43,844 bases of DNA from Cyanobacteria bacterium P01_F01_bin.143. Lineage in GTDB: Bacteria > Cyanobacteriota > Cyanobacteriia > Cyanobacteriales > Xenococcaceae. The stretch is from assembly GCA_039190385.1 (NCBI GenBank), contig JBCCYD010000001.1, positions 1 through 43,844 on the forward strand, read 5' to 3'. Made by a program: the position numbers and the translations under genes. Positions 1-10,503 of this stretch are shown here, one piece after another (position 1 is the stretch's first letter; each line of letters begins with the position of its first letter). The notes under the pieces are model-generated. The model was not told the origin of the DNA and did not search any database. It saw only the letters and a program-made list of their open reading frames with translations.

Positions 1-2
1 AC

Positions 3-1074
<1,072 letters not shown>

Positions 1075-1122
1075 TTAGAAACGGCTACATAAATTAATTC
1101 AGACTGAATAATAGCGAAAAAT

Positions 1123-2211
1123 ATGGCAACAAGTAATAGAAAAAGAAATCAATCTATTCGTAAAAATTTTTTCAATAAAAAAACTTCTAAGCTCATTATT
1201 ATCGCGATTTTATTTATTAGCTTAATTCTTGTATTTTTATCAAATTTAGCTTTTGGTTCCGTTTCCATTCCTATTCAACAAGTTGTTACTATCCTCTTAG
1301 GAGGAGAAGCACAAAAAACTACTTGGACTACTATTATTCTCAAATTTCGCTTACCTAAAGCTTTAACCGCAACTTTAGCTGGTGCTGCTTTGGGTGTAAG
1401 CGGATTACAAACGCAAACACTGTTTAAAAATCCCCTTGCGGGCCCTTTTGTCTTAGGAATTAGTTCTGGTGCCTCTTTGGGAGTTGCACTTGTAGTACTT
1501 GCAGCTGATACCACAGGTATGGGTGCATTATTAGCAAATTTGGGAATAATTGGGGATTTAGGTTTAGTTGTAGCAGCGAGTTTGGGTGCAGCATCAGTAT
1601 TAGGAATGGTTTTATTGTTATCTCATCGCGTACCCGATTCCATGACACTGCTAATTTTGGGATTACTATTTGGTTATGTAACTAATGCGATCGTTAGTGT
1701 TTTGCTACATTTTAGTGAAAATGATCAAATTCAATCATATTTACAATGGACATTCGGGAGTTTCGATGGGGTCACTTGGCGACAAATGATAATCTTAGCG
1801 CCCGTAATATTGCTAGGATTAATTATGGCTTTGCTATTATCAAAACCCCTGAATGTGCTGCTTTTAGGTGAATCTCATGCTCAAACTTTGGGTTTAACAG
1901 TGCAACAAACGAGATTTTGGGTTATCACCAGTGCTTCAATATTAGCTGGTGCCATTACTGCTTTTTGCGGTCCCATTGGATTTTTGGGTGTTGTAGTTCC
2001 CCATCTATGTCGTAATTTGTTTAAAACTGTAGACCATAGAATATTGATTCCCCTTGTTGCCGTGATGGGTGCAATATTAGCGTTAGTTGCAGATTTAGTA
2101 TCTCAGCTACCAGGAAGTCAAACTGTTTTACCTTTAAACTCCATTGCTGCTTTGATTGGTGCCCCAGTTGTGATGTGGGTGATTCTACATCGTTCCTCTA
2201 GATCTTTATGA
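1123..2211 (+). CDS. FecCD/BtuC-family iron-siderophore or cobalamin ABC transporter permease
   Basis: Motifs RLPKALTATLAGAALGVSG, LFKNPLAGPFVLGISSGA, LLGESHAQTLG and GPIGFLGVVVPHL; many TM helices. Confidence 0.92.
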   Translation: MATSNRKRNQSIRKNFFNKKTSKLIIIAILFISLILVFLSNLAFGSVSIPIQQVVTILLGGEAQKTTWTTIILKFRLPKALTATLAGAALGVSGLQTQTLFKNPLAGPFVLGISSGASLGVALVVLAADTTGMGALLANLGIIGDLGLVVAASLGAASVLGMVLLLSHRVPDSMTLLILGLLFGYVTNAIVSVLLHFSENDQIQSYLQWTFGSFDGVTWRQMIILAPVILLGLIMALLLSKPLNVLLLGESHAQTLGLTVQQTRFWVITSASILAGAITAFCGPIGFLGVVVPHLCRNLFKTVDHRILIPLVAVMGAILALVADLVSQLPGSQTVLPLNSIAALIGAPVVMWVILHRSSRSL

Positions 2212-2238
2212 ATTCGATCTTATTTTGATTTACTATAT

Positions 2239-3567
2239 TCAAGAACCAGCTTGTATGTATTCAGGAAGCAATAAAGAATTATTAGGGGCGGAATTCTGAT
2301 TATTTCTTAAGATCAATAATATTGAAATAATAGTAATTATTATAGCCATTCCAAAAACAGCTATAAGTTTAAATATAGATTTATTATGATCTTGTTGACT
2401 ATTCTTGGGATGATTTCTGATTGAGCTGGAATTGATTATACGAGTAGACTCGATATCATGATCTTTAATTATTAAGGTATTTTCTGTCCGTGAATTAGAT
2501 TCTGAATTATTAATGATTAAAGTATGCTCTGAAGCTGTAGGGGCATTGTTTGTATTGTTAATAATTTGGGTATTTTCTGAAAATTGAGAATCCGGTTGAG
2601 TGCGTTGCTGGATTATAGTCTGTTCTGAAAAATATGTATCATCTTCTAGATTTAAGTCATTATGTATTGATTTTTGGGCAGGTTGCAAATGTTTTAGAGA
2701 TGTGGTGATTGCGATCGCACTTTGATAACGTTTACGATAATTACAGCAAACCATCGTATCAATAATCTCTAAAAATTGAGAACTAAAACTACCAGAATTT
2801 GGTAGCAAATGATGCCAGACTGGATTATTATTTTTATCATATTTTAATTGGGATAGCTCTATTTTAGTCAAAGCCTGAATTACGACTATACCCAAAGCAT
2901 AAATATCACTACAAAACTCAGGTTTACCCAAATGTTGTTCCATAGGCATATAACCCCGAGTTCCCACACTGATATGAGGCATAAATTGCCCTGTGGTATC
3001 TAAATTTTGGGGGTTGATTTTTTCTTTAATTGAATCAAAGTTAGTTAGATATATTTTTTGATCAACAGAATTTCTGATTAAGCTAGTAGGCTTAATATCT
3101 CGGTGAATATAATTATTTTCATGCAGGTAATTAATTACAGGTAAAATTTCATTAAGAAATTCAATGATTTCCTTTTCACTATAAGGTTTAGCTTCCTTTA
3201 ACTCTGCTTGAAAACTTTGTCCTGAAATAAATTCTTGAACGACCAAAAATTGCCCTTGAGTCTCAAAATAATCATACATAGAAACCATTTGGGGATGGTT
3301 TCCCAACTTTTCTAAAATAGAGGCTTCTTGGTTAAATAAATGTTTAGCAGCTGCTAACTGAGACTCGGAAGTATATTGAGGAGTAAATTGCTGAATAAGA
3401 TATTTAGTCGGAATAGAACTATCTTGGGATTTTGCTAGATATACCGTTTCAAAATCGTCTTGAGAGAGCTTCTTTAGCAAATGATATCTATGTTGTAGAA
3501 CATTGCGAGCGAAATCTTGCGTAACGTCTCTTGGTTTGGGATTATCTTCTTGCTTAGAAAAATCCAT
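2239..3567 (-). CDS. Hanks-type Ser/Thr kinase-like protein with C-terminal TM helix; probable pseudokinase
   Basis: HRDIKP, GTRGYMPMEQ and SDIYALG are retained. The Gly-loop, VAIK lysine, catalytic-loop Asn and DFG are degenerate. TM segment LIAVFGMAIIITIISILLIL. Confidence 0.88.
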   Translation of the reverse strand: MDFSKQEDNPKPRDVTQDFARNVLQHRYHLLKKLSQDDFETVYLAKSQDSSIPTKYLIQQFTPQYTSESQLAAAKHLFNQEASILEKLGNHPQMVSMYDYFETQGQFLVVQEFISGQSFQAELKEAKPYSEKEIIEFLNEILPVINYLHENNYIHRDIKPTSLIRNSVDQKIYLTNFDSIKEKINPQNLDTTGQFMPHISVGTRGYMPMEQHLGKPEFCSDIYALGIVVIQALTKIELSQLKYDKNNNPVWHHLLPNSGSFSSQFLEIIDTMVCCNYRKRYQSAIAITTSLKHLQPAQKSIHNDLNLEDDTYFSEQTIIQQRTQPDSQFSENTQIINNTNNAPTASEHTLIINNSESNSRTENTLIIKDHDIESTRIINSSSIRNHPKNSQQDHNKSIFKLIAVFGMAIIITIISILLILRNNQNSAPNNSLLLPEYIQAGS

Positions 3568-3645
3568 ATTGTCCTATTCCTCATTTTCTACCACAGGTAA
3601 TAATTATATGATTATTACTTGGGGATTACAAAAACAGAGATGAAC

Positions 3646-3690
3646 AGACGTGTCTGTGATACGTCTCTTCAAGAAATTCGCCGACACGTC
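3646..3690. repeat. Small dispersed palindromic repeat (AGACGTGTC-N3-GAYACGTCT) plus a partial second copy
   Basis: Hairpin at 3646-3666 and fragment CGCCGACACGTC at 3679-3690; same family as 6561-6587 and 11668-11699. Confidence 0.7.
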
Positions 3691-3699
3691 CTTTTTAAT

Positions 3700-4353
3700 T
3701 CAAGGTGCTAATCTCTCAATAATCCAGGAGTTATTAGCTTGTAAACGATATCTGAGGCGATCGTGAAGACGGTTCGGACGACCTTGCCAAAATTCGATCG
3801 CGTCTGGAATTACCAGAAAACCACCCCAATGATCTGGACGAGGAATTGTTTCTGCCTCCTGATATTTAGCAGCTATTTCCTGTTGTTTGGTTTGCAAAAA
3901 TTCACGGTTGGGAATGACTTCACTTTGATTGGAAGTCACAGCGCCAATTTGAGATCCTAAGGGGCGGGAATGAAAGTAACTATCTGATTCTTCTGGACTC
4001 ACTTTGGTGATTTTGCCTTCGATACGGACCTGTCTTTGTAAACGATCCCAGAAAAAGACTAAAGCCCCATAGGGATTCGCGATCGCCTGTTGTCCTTTGA
4101 GGCTTTGATAGTTGGTATAAAAAACGAACCCTCTCTCATCAAATCCTTTGAGTAAGACAATTCTTGCTGTAGGCTTGCCATCTGGGGTTGCAGTTGCTAG
4201 AGTCATGGCGTTCGGCTCAATAATATCGGCAGCGATCGCTTGCTCAAACCATATTTTGAACTGTTGAATCGGATTTGAATCAACATTAGTCTCCGTTAAA
4301 TCCCCTAGGGTGTAGTTTTGACGCAAATCTGCAACAAATTGATTCATCTTCAA
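3700..4353 (-). CDS. pdxH: Pyridoxamine 5'-phosphate oxidase
   Basis: EPNAMTLAT, RIVLLKG, YFHSRP.GSQIGA, EFWQGRPNRLHDR. Confidence 0.97.
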   Translation of the reverse strand: MKMNQFVADLRQNYTLGDLTETNVDSNPIQQFKIWFEQAIAADIIEPNAMTLATATPDGKPTARIVLLKGFDERGFVFYTNYQSLKGQQAIANPYGALVFFWDRLQRQVRIEGKITKVSPEESDSYFHSRPLGSQIGAVTSNQSEVIPNREFLQTKQQEIAAKYQEAETIPRPDHWGGFLVIPDAIEFWQGRPNRLHDRLRYRLQANNSWIIERLAP

Positions 4354-4399
4354 TATACTTCTAGTTAAGTAATTATCCTTTATTCAATTATTTTGACGA

Positions 4400-5194
4400 A
4401 TGGCAACCAATACGGCACAGATCGCGATCGCAAATTTAATTGACTCTGCGGAAAAAGGGGAGATAGATCCCTGGGATGTTCCTGTAATCGAGGTTATCGA
4501 TCGCTTTCTCACAGAATTAGGATTAATCGGCTCCACAGAACCTTCTTTAGCCCAAACTAATCTTCCCGAATCTGGTCAAACTTTCCTCTGGGCATCAATG
4601 CTTGTCTTGCTCAAAGCAGATACCCTCCAGATGCTGCAAGAATTTTATCAAGAAGGAGAACATGATGAGGACTTTGCTGATGAACTACTGCTAGAAGATG
4701 AAGACTATTCTCCTGGCCTACCACCATTTTTAGAAAGGCATATCCATCGTCGCACTTCGGTTCCCCCCAGAAGCAAACGCCGAGTTACTTTGCAGGAATT
4801 GATTGAACAACTCGAACATATTGCCGCCGAAATTGAAGCAGCAAGTACCAACCAAAAACCCAAAAAGACACGCACTTCCCGTCGAGCTGCCATGCGGGCG
4901 ATCGCGCAACTAGCTCATAATGAAAATTTAACCGAGTTGGCAATGCAATTAGAGGAGTTCCTTTTTTGTAATTTTCTCAAATTAGAACCAAAAGAAAACT
5001 TTATCGATTGGGAAAAACTACTATCTTCCTGGGAGAAAAACCAATCTCATGATGAACATAACCAAACAGGCAAAGCTAGCATTTTTTGGGCCTTATTACT
5101 TTTGTCATCCCAATCCAAAGTAGAACTCAATCAAGAAGAATTTTATCAAGACCTCAGTATTCGCCCGTTGAATACATTACTGAATACAAATTGA
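4400..5194 (+). CDS. scpA: Segregation/condensation protein A (kleisin)
   Basis: GEIDPWDV.VIEVIDRFL, FLWASMLVLLKA, RRVTLQELI, C-terminal FWALLLL...VEL.QEEFY. Confidence 0.9.
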   Translation: MATNTAQIAIANLIDSAEKGEIDPWDVPVIEVIDRFLTELGLIGSTEPSLAQTNLPESGQTFLWASMLVLLKADTLQMLQEFYQEGEHDEDFADELLLEDEDYSPGLPPFLERHIHRRTSVPPRSKRRVTLQELIEQLEHIAAEIEAASTNQKPKKTRTSRRAAMRAIAQLAHNENLTELAMQLEEFLFCNFLKLEPKENFIDWEKLLSSWEKNQSHDEHNQTGKASIFWALLLLSSQSKVELNQEEFYQDLSIRPLNTLLNTN

Positions 5195-5339
5195 TTTAAA
5201 AGCTTATAAAATAGAGCTTATAGCTAATTGCAAGGGGATTTTAATTAAATTTGCCGATCTTTAATTGGTTTGTAAACATTGTTGATAAACTGGAGTAGTT
5301 TATTTTTTATTGTATGCGTCTGGTTTAGGAGAAGCTTTA

Positions 5340-6512
5340 ATGAAGGCCATGATTCTGGCAGCCGGTAGAGGCACTCGTGTTCGTCCCATAACTTATACAA
5401 TTCCTAAGCCTTTAATTCCCATATTGCAAAAACCAGTTATGGAGTTTCTTCTGGAACTGCTTCGGCAACATGGTTTTGATGAAATCATGGTTAATGTTAG
5501 TCACCTTGCCCATGAAATAGAAGGCTATTTTCGTGATGGGCAACGTTTTGGCGTCAATATTGGTTATTCCTTTGAAGGTCGGATTGTTGATGGCGAACTT
5601 GTGGGAGAAGCTCTCGGTTCCGCAGGCGGGCTGAAAAAGATTCAAGAATTTAAAGCTTTTTTTGACGACACTTTTATTGTTCTTTGTGGTGATGCCTTGA
5701 TAGATCTTGATCTAAGTGAAGCGATCCAATGGCATAAAAGTAAAGGTGCGATCGCGACCATTGTCACTAAAAAGGTACCAAAAGAAGATGTTCCCAGCTA
5801 TGGAGTTGTCGTTACCGATGAAGATGGCAAAATTAAATCTTTTCAGGAAAAACCATCCGTTGCAGAAGCCTTAAGCACCAACATTAATACTGGAATTTAT
5901 ATTTTTGAGCCAGAAATTTTTGACTATATTCCGCCTAACCAAGAATACGACATTGGAGGAGAATTATTCCCTCAACTAGTAGAAAAAGAAGCGCCTTTCT
6001 ATGCCGTACCGATGGATTTCCAATGGGTAGATATTGGGAAAGTTCCCGATTATTGGCGCGCTATCCGTGGCGTACTTCTAGGAGAGATTAAAAATGTTAA
6101 AATTCCTGGAATCGAAGTTATGCCTGGTATTTATACAGGCTTAAATGTATCTGTGAACTGGGATAAGGTTAACATCAAAGGACCAGTTTATATTGGGGGA
6201 ATGACCAAGATTGAGGATGGGGCAACAATTATTGGCCCTAGTATGATTGGCCCCAACTGTTGGATTTGTAGTGATGCAACAGTTGATAATAGCGTAATTT
6301 TTGAATATTCCCGTTTGGGAGAGGGGATTCGTTTAGTAGATAAATTAGTTTTTGGTCGTTACTGTGTCGACAAAACTGGAGCCTCGATCGATCTGCAAGC
6401 AGCAGCTTTGGATTGGCTCATCACTGATTCACGTCAAACACCTCCTGAAGACAGAGCCGAACATGAAACCGCTATTCGGAATTTGTTAAATAGTGACGGA
6501 TCGGAGAGGTAA
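5340..6512 (+). CDS. cugP: NDP-sugar pyrophosphorylase; cyanobacterial UDP-glucose pyrophosphorylase CugP type (often annotated mannose-1-P guanylyltransferase)
   Basis: MKAMILAAGRGTRVRPIT..IPKP and a C-terminal hexapeptide beta-helix. ATG 5340 follows AGGAG, so it is preferred over the ORF-track TTG. Confidence 0.85.
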   Translation: MKAMILAAGRGTRVRPITYTIPKPLIPILQKPVMEFLLELLRQHGFDEIMVNVSHLAHEIEGYFRDGQRFGVNIGYSFEGRIVDGELVGEALGSAGGLKKIQEFKAFFDDTFIVLCGDALIDLDLSEAIQWHKSKGAIATIVTKKVPKEDVPSYGVVVTDEDGKIKSFQEKPSVAEALSTNINTGIYIFEPEIFDYIPPNQEYDIGGELFPQLVEKEAPFYAVPMDFQWVDIGKVPDYWRAIRGVLLGEIKNVKIPGIEVMPGIYTGLNVSVNWDKVNIKGPVYIGGMTKIEDGATIIGPSMIGPNCWICSDATVDNSVIFEYSRLGEGIRLVDKLVFGRYCVDKTGASIDLQAAALDWLITDSRQTPPEDRAEHETAIRNLLNSDGSER

Positions 6513-6540
6513 GAGGTAAGAGGTAAAAGGTAAGAGGTAA
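6506..6540 (+). repeat. Heptamer tandem repeat (GAGGTAA)x5, STRR-type; the first unit contains the cugP stop
   Basis: GAGGTAA GAGGTAA GAGGTAA AAGGTAA GAGGTAA read directly. Confidence 0.9.
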
Positions 6541-6560
6541 AAAAATTACTTATTACTTTT

Positions 6561-6587
6561 GTACAGACGTGTCGCCGACACGTCTCT
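6561..6587. repeat. Small dispersed palindromic repeat (GTAG/REP-like) between convergent genes
   Basis: GTAC-AGACGTGTC-GCC-GACACGTCT-CT, with a perfect 9-bp stem. Confidence 0.8.
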
Positions 6588-6597
6588 TCTGATATTA

Positions 6598-9036
6598 TTA
6601 CTTAATCAAAAACTTTCCTGTTAATTCAAGATAATTATCGGTTTTTTGTAAATAGGTTTTGGTCTCAGGCTCTAATTTATCAAGATTGCTGATCAACTCT
6701 TCTCGTTGTTCCAAAGATAGTAAATGATCTGCTTGGGCTTGTTGTAAATTTTCCAGATATCCATTGAGATAATTATCCAATTTGGCAAAAAACAGATCTA
6801 CTTGCTCTTGCAGATTTCCTTCAAAATGTTCAACGATTTTAACTTTGATATTTTCCACAAAACTATCACTACTGAGGTTGATAGTATTAACAACCTCTTC
6901 TAGCGAAACAGTGTAATAATTTTCCTTCTTATAGGGTTTTTGATAACTTTCTGTGGCGTAAAAAGGCACAACCCCAAACCAATAATACCAAGCACGTTTC
7001 TTGACAACTCTTTCGTCAAAATCGCCCTCAATTAGATGGGTATTTTTTTTGATCAAATTATGTTGATCAAGACTCATGCTATCTTCAACATTAAGATCAG
7101 GAATTGGTAACTCTAAAGATATTTCAAAATTATCTTGTAAACGGTTTTTTGTCCGTTCCATAATTGGGTTAGTCTCTTTGGTTAAAAATTCGACTAAATT
7201 GTGATTTGTATGTTCTATTTCGGTTTCAATATCTTTGCGAGTAGATAATATTAAAGTTTCAAATCTTCCTTTTGCCCAAACAAGAGTTTTTTTCGTGAAA
7301 TCTTCTGCTTGTTTCTCTGTTTTGAAGGGGATAACTCCTGAAGTTGTATTTTCTAAATTATCTTTGAGCTTTTTGGTGATCCATTTAGGAAATAATTCAA
7401 AATCACCAATATTAGTTAATAATAATTTTCTCGCTTGCATATCAGCCTTTTTTATTGCATCACCTTCTTGGTATTCTGCCGCTGTAAAATAATCTTCTAG
7501 AGTAATATTTGCCTGATTTTTGAGGCTAGCAAGGATGATTTCTAGATTATATTGGAGGCGATTTTTAATTTCTTCTATTTGTTGTAAGTTATTGCGGCAA
7601 GCTTGCAAGTAGGCTAAATCTTTTTCTAAAGCCGTTATCTCTTCTTGTAATTTAGCGGTATCTTGGGTAATGGCATTACTGCGAAGACTTATATCATCCT
7701 TAAGCTCTAGTAAACGATAACGACTAAGATTTAATGCTGATAGTAAACAACGAGGAGCTGCCGTCTCCATTAAAGATGAGATCGCTTTTTCTAAAAAAGG
7801 TGCAAATCCCGATTTTTTCCATAGTTTAAGGGCTTTCTGTGCCAAAAACTTCACGGTAACGTCTTCAATTTCTTCATCCCAATCAATGCCGAAGACTTCT
7901 TGCGCAACAGTTTCTAAAGATTTAATCTCTAATAGTTTGATCTTAGGGTTTTGCTGTACTTCTAGCAGAAATTGTGTCGCAGCAAAAGCTCTAATGGCTG
8001 AAACTTCAAAGACCCGCTCACTAATATTTTCGTGACTTAGTTCTAAATCGGCGACGACAAAATTTTGCACTTGTTCTGTCGTCATATCTCCTTTACGACG
8101 TTGATCTACTTTATTAACAATTACGTAGAGATTATCTTTCCCAATTAATTCTAAAATTGGTTTGACTTGTCGTTTAATAGTTTCTGCTGCTTCGTTATTT
8201 AGTTGAGTATAGTCGAGAACAATTAAAATAACCGAACTACGACGTAATTGTTCTTCTACTACTGCGGTTAATTTCAGACTTTCTCCGGCTTCATTGGGCC
8301 CTGGAGTATCGACAATAACTAAATTTCCTAAAGTTCTGGCTTGAGATGTCCCTGAAATTCCGAGAAAGGGTGTGATAATCTGTGGTACTTCAGTAAATTT
8401 ACCCAGGGGATCTTTTAAGGGTTCAATAACTGAGTAGAGACGGATTAGATGATTGAGACGATTTAAAGCCTTATTGATGGCGACGCGTCCTTCAATTTTG
8501 TTTTCAAAGGGCATCTGTTTGGTTTTGCGGAATTCTCCTAATAAACTAATTAAATGAGGGTAGCGAGCTAGTTTATCTTGTAGAGACTCAATGCCAAATT
8601 TATTCAGCTGACGTTTGATATCTTGGTAAATTTCGCGAAAAATATCAATTACGCTATCGGGAATTGTCAGGATGGGTTCTTTGATATCGGTGCTAAAAGC
8701 AATTTCTGTGGGCAAAGTTGTCATTGCAGTGGCACAACTTGGCAGTAATTCTTGACCTGCGATCGCGTTAATAATGGTTGATTTCCCGGCTTTCATCGGG
8801 GCGACGATCGACATTCTCAGCTGTAAATCAGATACATTTTGACTGGCTGCCGAGAATTGTTCTTTAAATTGATGATATTTGCTATTGGATTCATCATTAA
8901 CTAAACTAGTTTGTGTATCATCAACTAGGGTACAAATATCAGCTAATAAGTCGATAACTTCTTGCTGTAAGTTTTCTATTTTTGGCTGTCTTTTACGAGT
9001 TTTCGTCTTAGGAGTTGTATCAACCATCGAGAACAT
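6598..9036 (-). CDS. Bacterial dynamin-like GTPase, CrfC/YjdA-like
   Basis: G1 VAPMKAGKST, G2 region LP....MTTLPT, G3 DTPGPNEAG, VLDYTQL, G4 VNKVD; long helical C-terminus. Confidence 0.88.
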   Translation of the reverse strand: MFSMVDTTPKTKTRKRQPKIENLQQEVIDLLADICTLVDDTQTSLVNDESNSKYHQFKEQFSAASQNVSDLQLRMSIVAPMKAGKSTIINAIAGQELLPSCATAMTTLPTEIAFSTDIKEPILTIPDSVIDIFREIYQDIKRQLNKFGIESLQDKLARYPHLISLLGEFRKTKQMPFENKIEGRVAINKALNRLNHLIRLYSVIEPLKDPLGKFTEVPQIITPFLGISGTSQARTLGNLVIVDTPGPNEAGESLKLTAVVEEQLRRSSVILIVLDYTQLNNEAAETIKRQVKPILELIGKDNLYVIVNKVDQRRKGDMTTEQVQNFVVADLELSHENISERVFEVSAIRAFAATQFLLEVQQNPKIKLLEIKSLETVAQEVFGIDWDEEIEDVTVKFLAQKALKLWKKSGFAPFLEKAISSLMETAAPRCLLSALNLSRYRLLELKDDISLRSNAITQDTAKLQEEITALEKDLAYLQACRNNLQQIEEIKNRLQYNLEIILASLKNQANITLEDYFTAAEYQEGDAIKKADMQARKLLLTNIGDFELFPKWITKKLKDNLENTTSGVIPFKTEKQAEDFTKKTLVWAKGRFETLILSTRKDIETEIEHTNHNLVEFLTKETNPIMERTKNRLQDNFEISLELPIPDLNVEDSMSLDQHNLIKKNTHLIEGDFDERVVKKRAWYYWFGVVPFYATESYQKPYKKENYYTVSLEEVVNTINLSSDSFVENIKVKIVEHFEGNLQEQVDLFFAKLDNYLNGYLENLQQAQADHLLSLEQREELISNLDKLEPETKTYLQKTDNYLELTGKFLIK

Positions 9037-9153
9037 TGCTCAAACTATTTTTCTGAGTCTGGCACAACTTAATGTAATACAACCTCAGTGAAACTAAGGA
9101 AAAAAAAGCGAGTAAAGAGAAACATACCTATTGCCGATACTTCTGTACAAAAG

Positions 9154-9906
9154 TCAGAATTCAAAAAACTTAGTTGATATTGAATCAGAGATGCTTGAAT
9201 TATTTTTAATCGCGACTGTGGCAATAAAGTTATCTTGGGGAATGAAATTATCAATTAACCAATGAGATGATGGTAGTTGAGCTTGTTCGGTTGCTACTAA
9301 ATTTAGCTCACTATTATTATTTAGCGTAAATTCTATCTGATCTAAAGAGCCTGCTAGGCCATCTCCTGTAGCTTTTAAATAGGCTTCTTTGGCTGTCCAT
9401 AGTTGAAAGAATATGGTTTTTTGTGTTCTCTCTGGGTAGCTATTAATTAATTGTAATTCTTGAGGAGAAAAAAAACGCTGGGCTAGTTGTTTATATTCGA
9501 TATTATCTTTTATATATTCTAGGTCTACACCAATGATTCTTTGATAGTTAAAAGCATAAAGAGCTAGGTTTTGCGAATGGGAAAGATTAAACTGTAAACT
9601 TCTTTTGTTTAAACTAGATATGATACTAGGTTTTCCGCGATCGCTATAGGCAAAAATAACTTGTTCGCTTTTAATTTGTAGATAATTACCTAAAAGTTGT
9701 CTTAATCTGCCCCTACCTACAATAAAGCGATCGCGATGTTGCTCAAACCGAAAACGATTAGCACGGATTTTCTCATCTTCTGACAAGATACTCGCTAAAT
9801 TTTTTATTTGTGTCGCAGGCAAATCTAAATTTGCTCGCCAAATGTGAATTTCATTTGGCAATAAAGTTAATTTTTCTGGTGAATTATGCCAAACACGATT
9901 TTTCAT
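9154..9906 (-). CDS. Sfp/HetI-type 4'-phosphopantetheinyl transferase
   Basis: GKP, FNLSHS, IGVDLE, FFQLWTAKEAYLKATGDGL. Confidence 0.95.
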   Translation of the reverse strand: MKNRVWHNSPEKLTLLPNEIHIWRANLDLPATQIKNLASILSEDEKIRANRFRFEQHRDRFIVGRGRLRQLLGNYLQIKSEQVIFAYSDRGKPSIISSLNKRSLQFNLSHSQNLALYAFNYQRIIGVDLEYIKDNIEYKQLAQRFFSPQELQLINSYPERTQKTIFFQLWTAKEAYLKATGDGLAGSLDQIEFTLNNNSELNLVATEQAQLPSSHWLIDNFIPQDNFIATVAIKNNSSISDSISTKFFEF

Positions 9907-10083
9907 TAACTAAATTGTTTTTGTTGCGAACTATAGGACATTTGCGTAAAAATACGACTAAAGCTAGGATTATCAACCTTAGCACTTATCATTAAGCGTT
10001 AAGAGTAAGCCTAGTATTTCATAATCGTGAATTTTTTGCCAACCACGATTTATATTTTGTCGAACTCTCCTATTTATTCCGCC

Positions 10084-10278
10084 ATGTTAACTCCACTCCA
10101 GAAGTCAAAATGTCTTCTCGAATATCTCGTCAAGTTCCAATATCGAGGCTCGAAAGAAATTCTTGAGACAAAATCTTATATTTCCTCAACTAGTAAACCT
10201 CAAACTTCTATCCCAAAACTTTTTCCTGGGGAAATTGTTTTGAGTTATGAACTTACTGGCAAAAGAATTGATTTTTGA
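10084..10278 (+). CDS. Possible small hypothetical protein (64 aa)
   Basis: Intergenic ORF from ATG 10084, divergent from the PPTase; no motif recognised and no clear RBS. Confidence 0.4.
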   Translation: MLTPLQKSKCLLEYLVKFQYRGSKEILETKSYISSTSKPQTSIPKLFPGEIVLSYELTGKRIDF

Positions 10279-10342
10279 CTTTCTTTCAATAGTATTTATT
10301 AAGTAATCAGGCGGTCTTTTATTGTTCACACTCATGAATTTT

Positions 10343-10503
10343 GGGCGTGTCGTCATTTGAAGGAGAAGATGCCTTTGAGAGGGTTTTTGCGAGATACAAG
10401 AAGAAAAATGTTCTACATAGCAGAGCTATGGAGGTTATTTTTCGACGCAGTAGGTCGTGAAAACACCGAAGAAGGAACTTTTTTTTTAAGTGACGACACG
10501 CCC
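10343..10503. mobile_element. MITE-like element, 161 bp
   Basis: Terminal inverted repeats GGGCGTGTCGTCA (13 bp perfect, extending to 19 bp with 2 mismatches); non-coding interior; right end overlaps the prfB stop codon. Confidence 0.8.
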
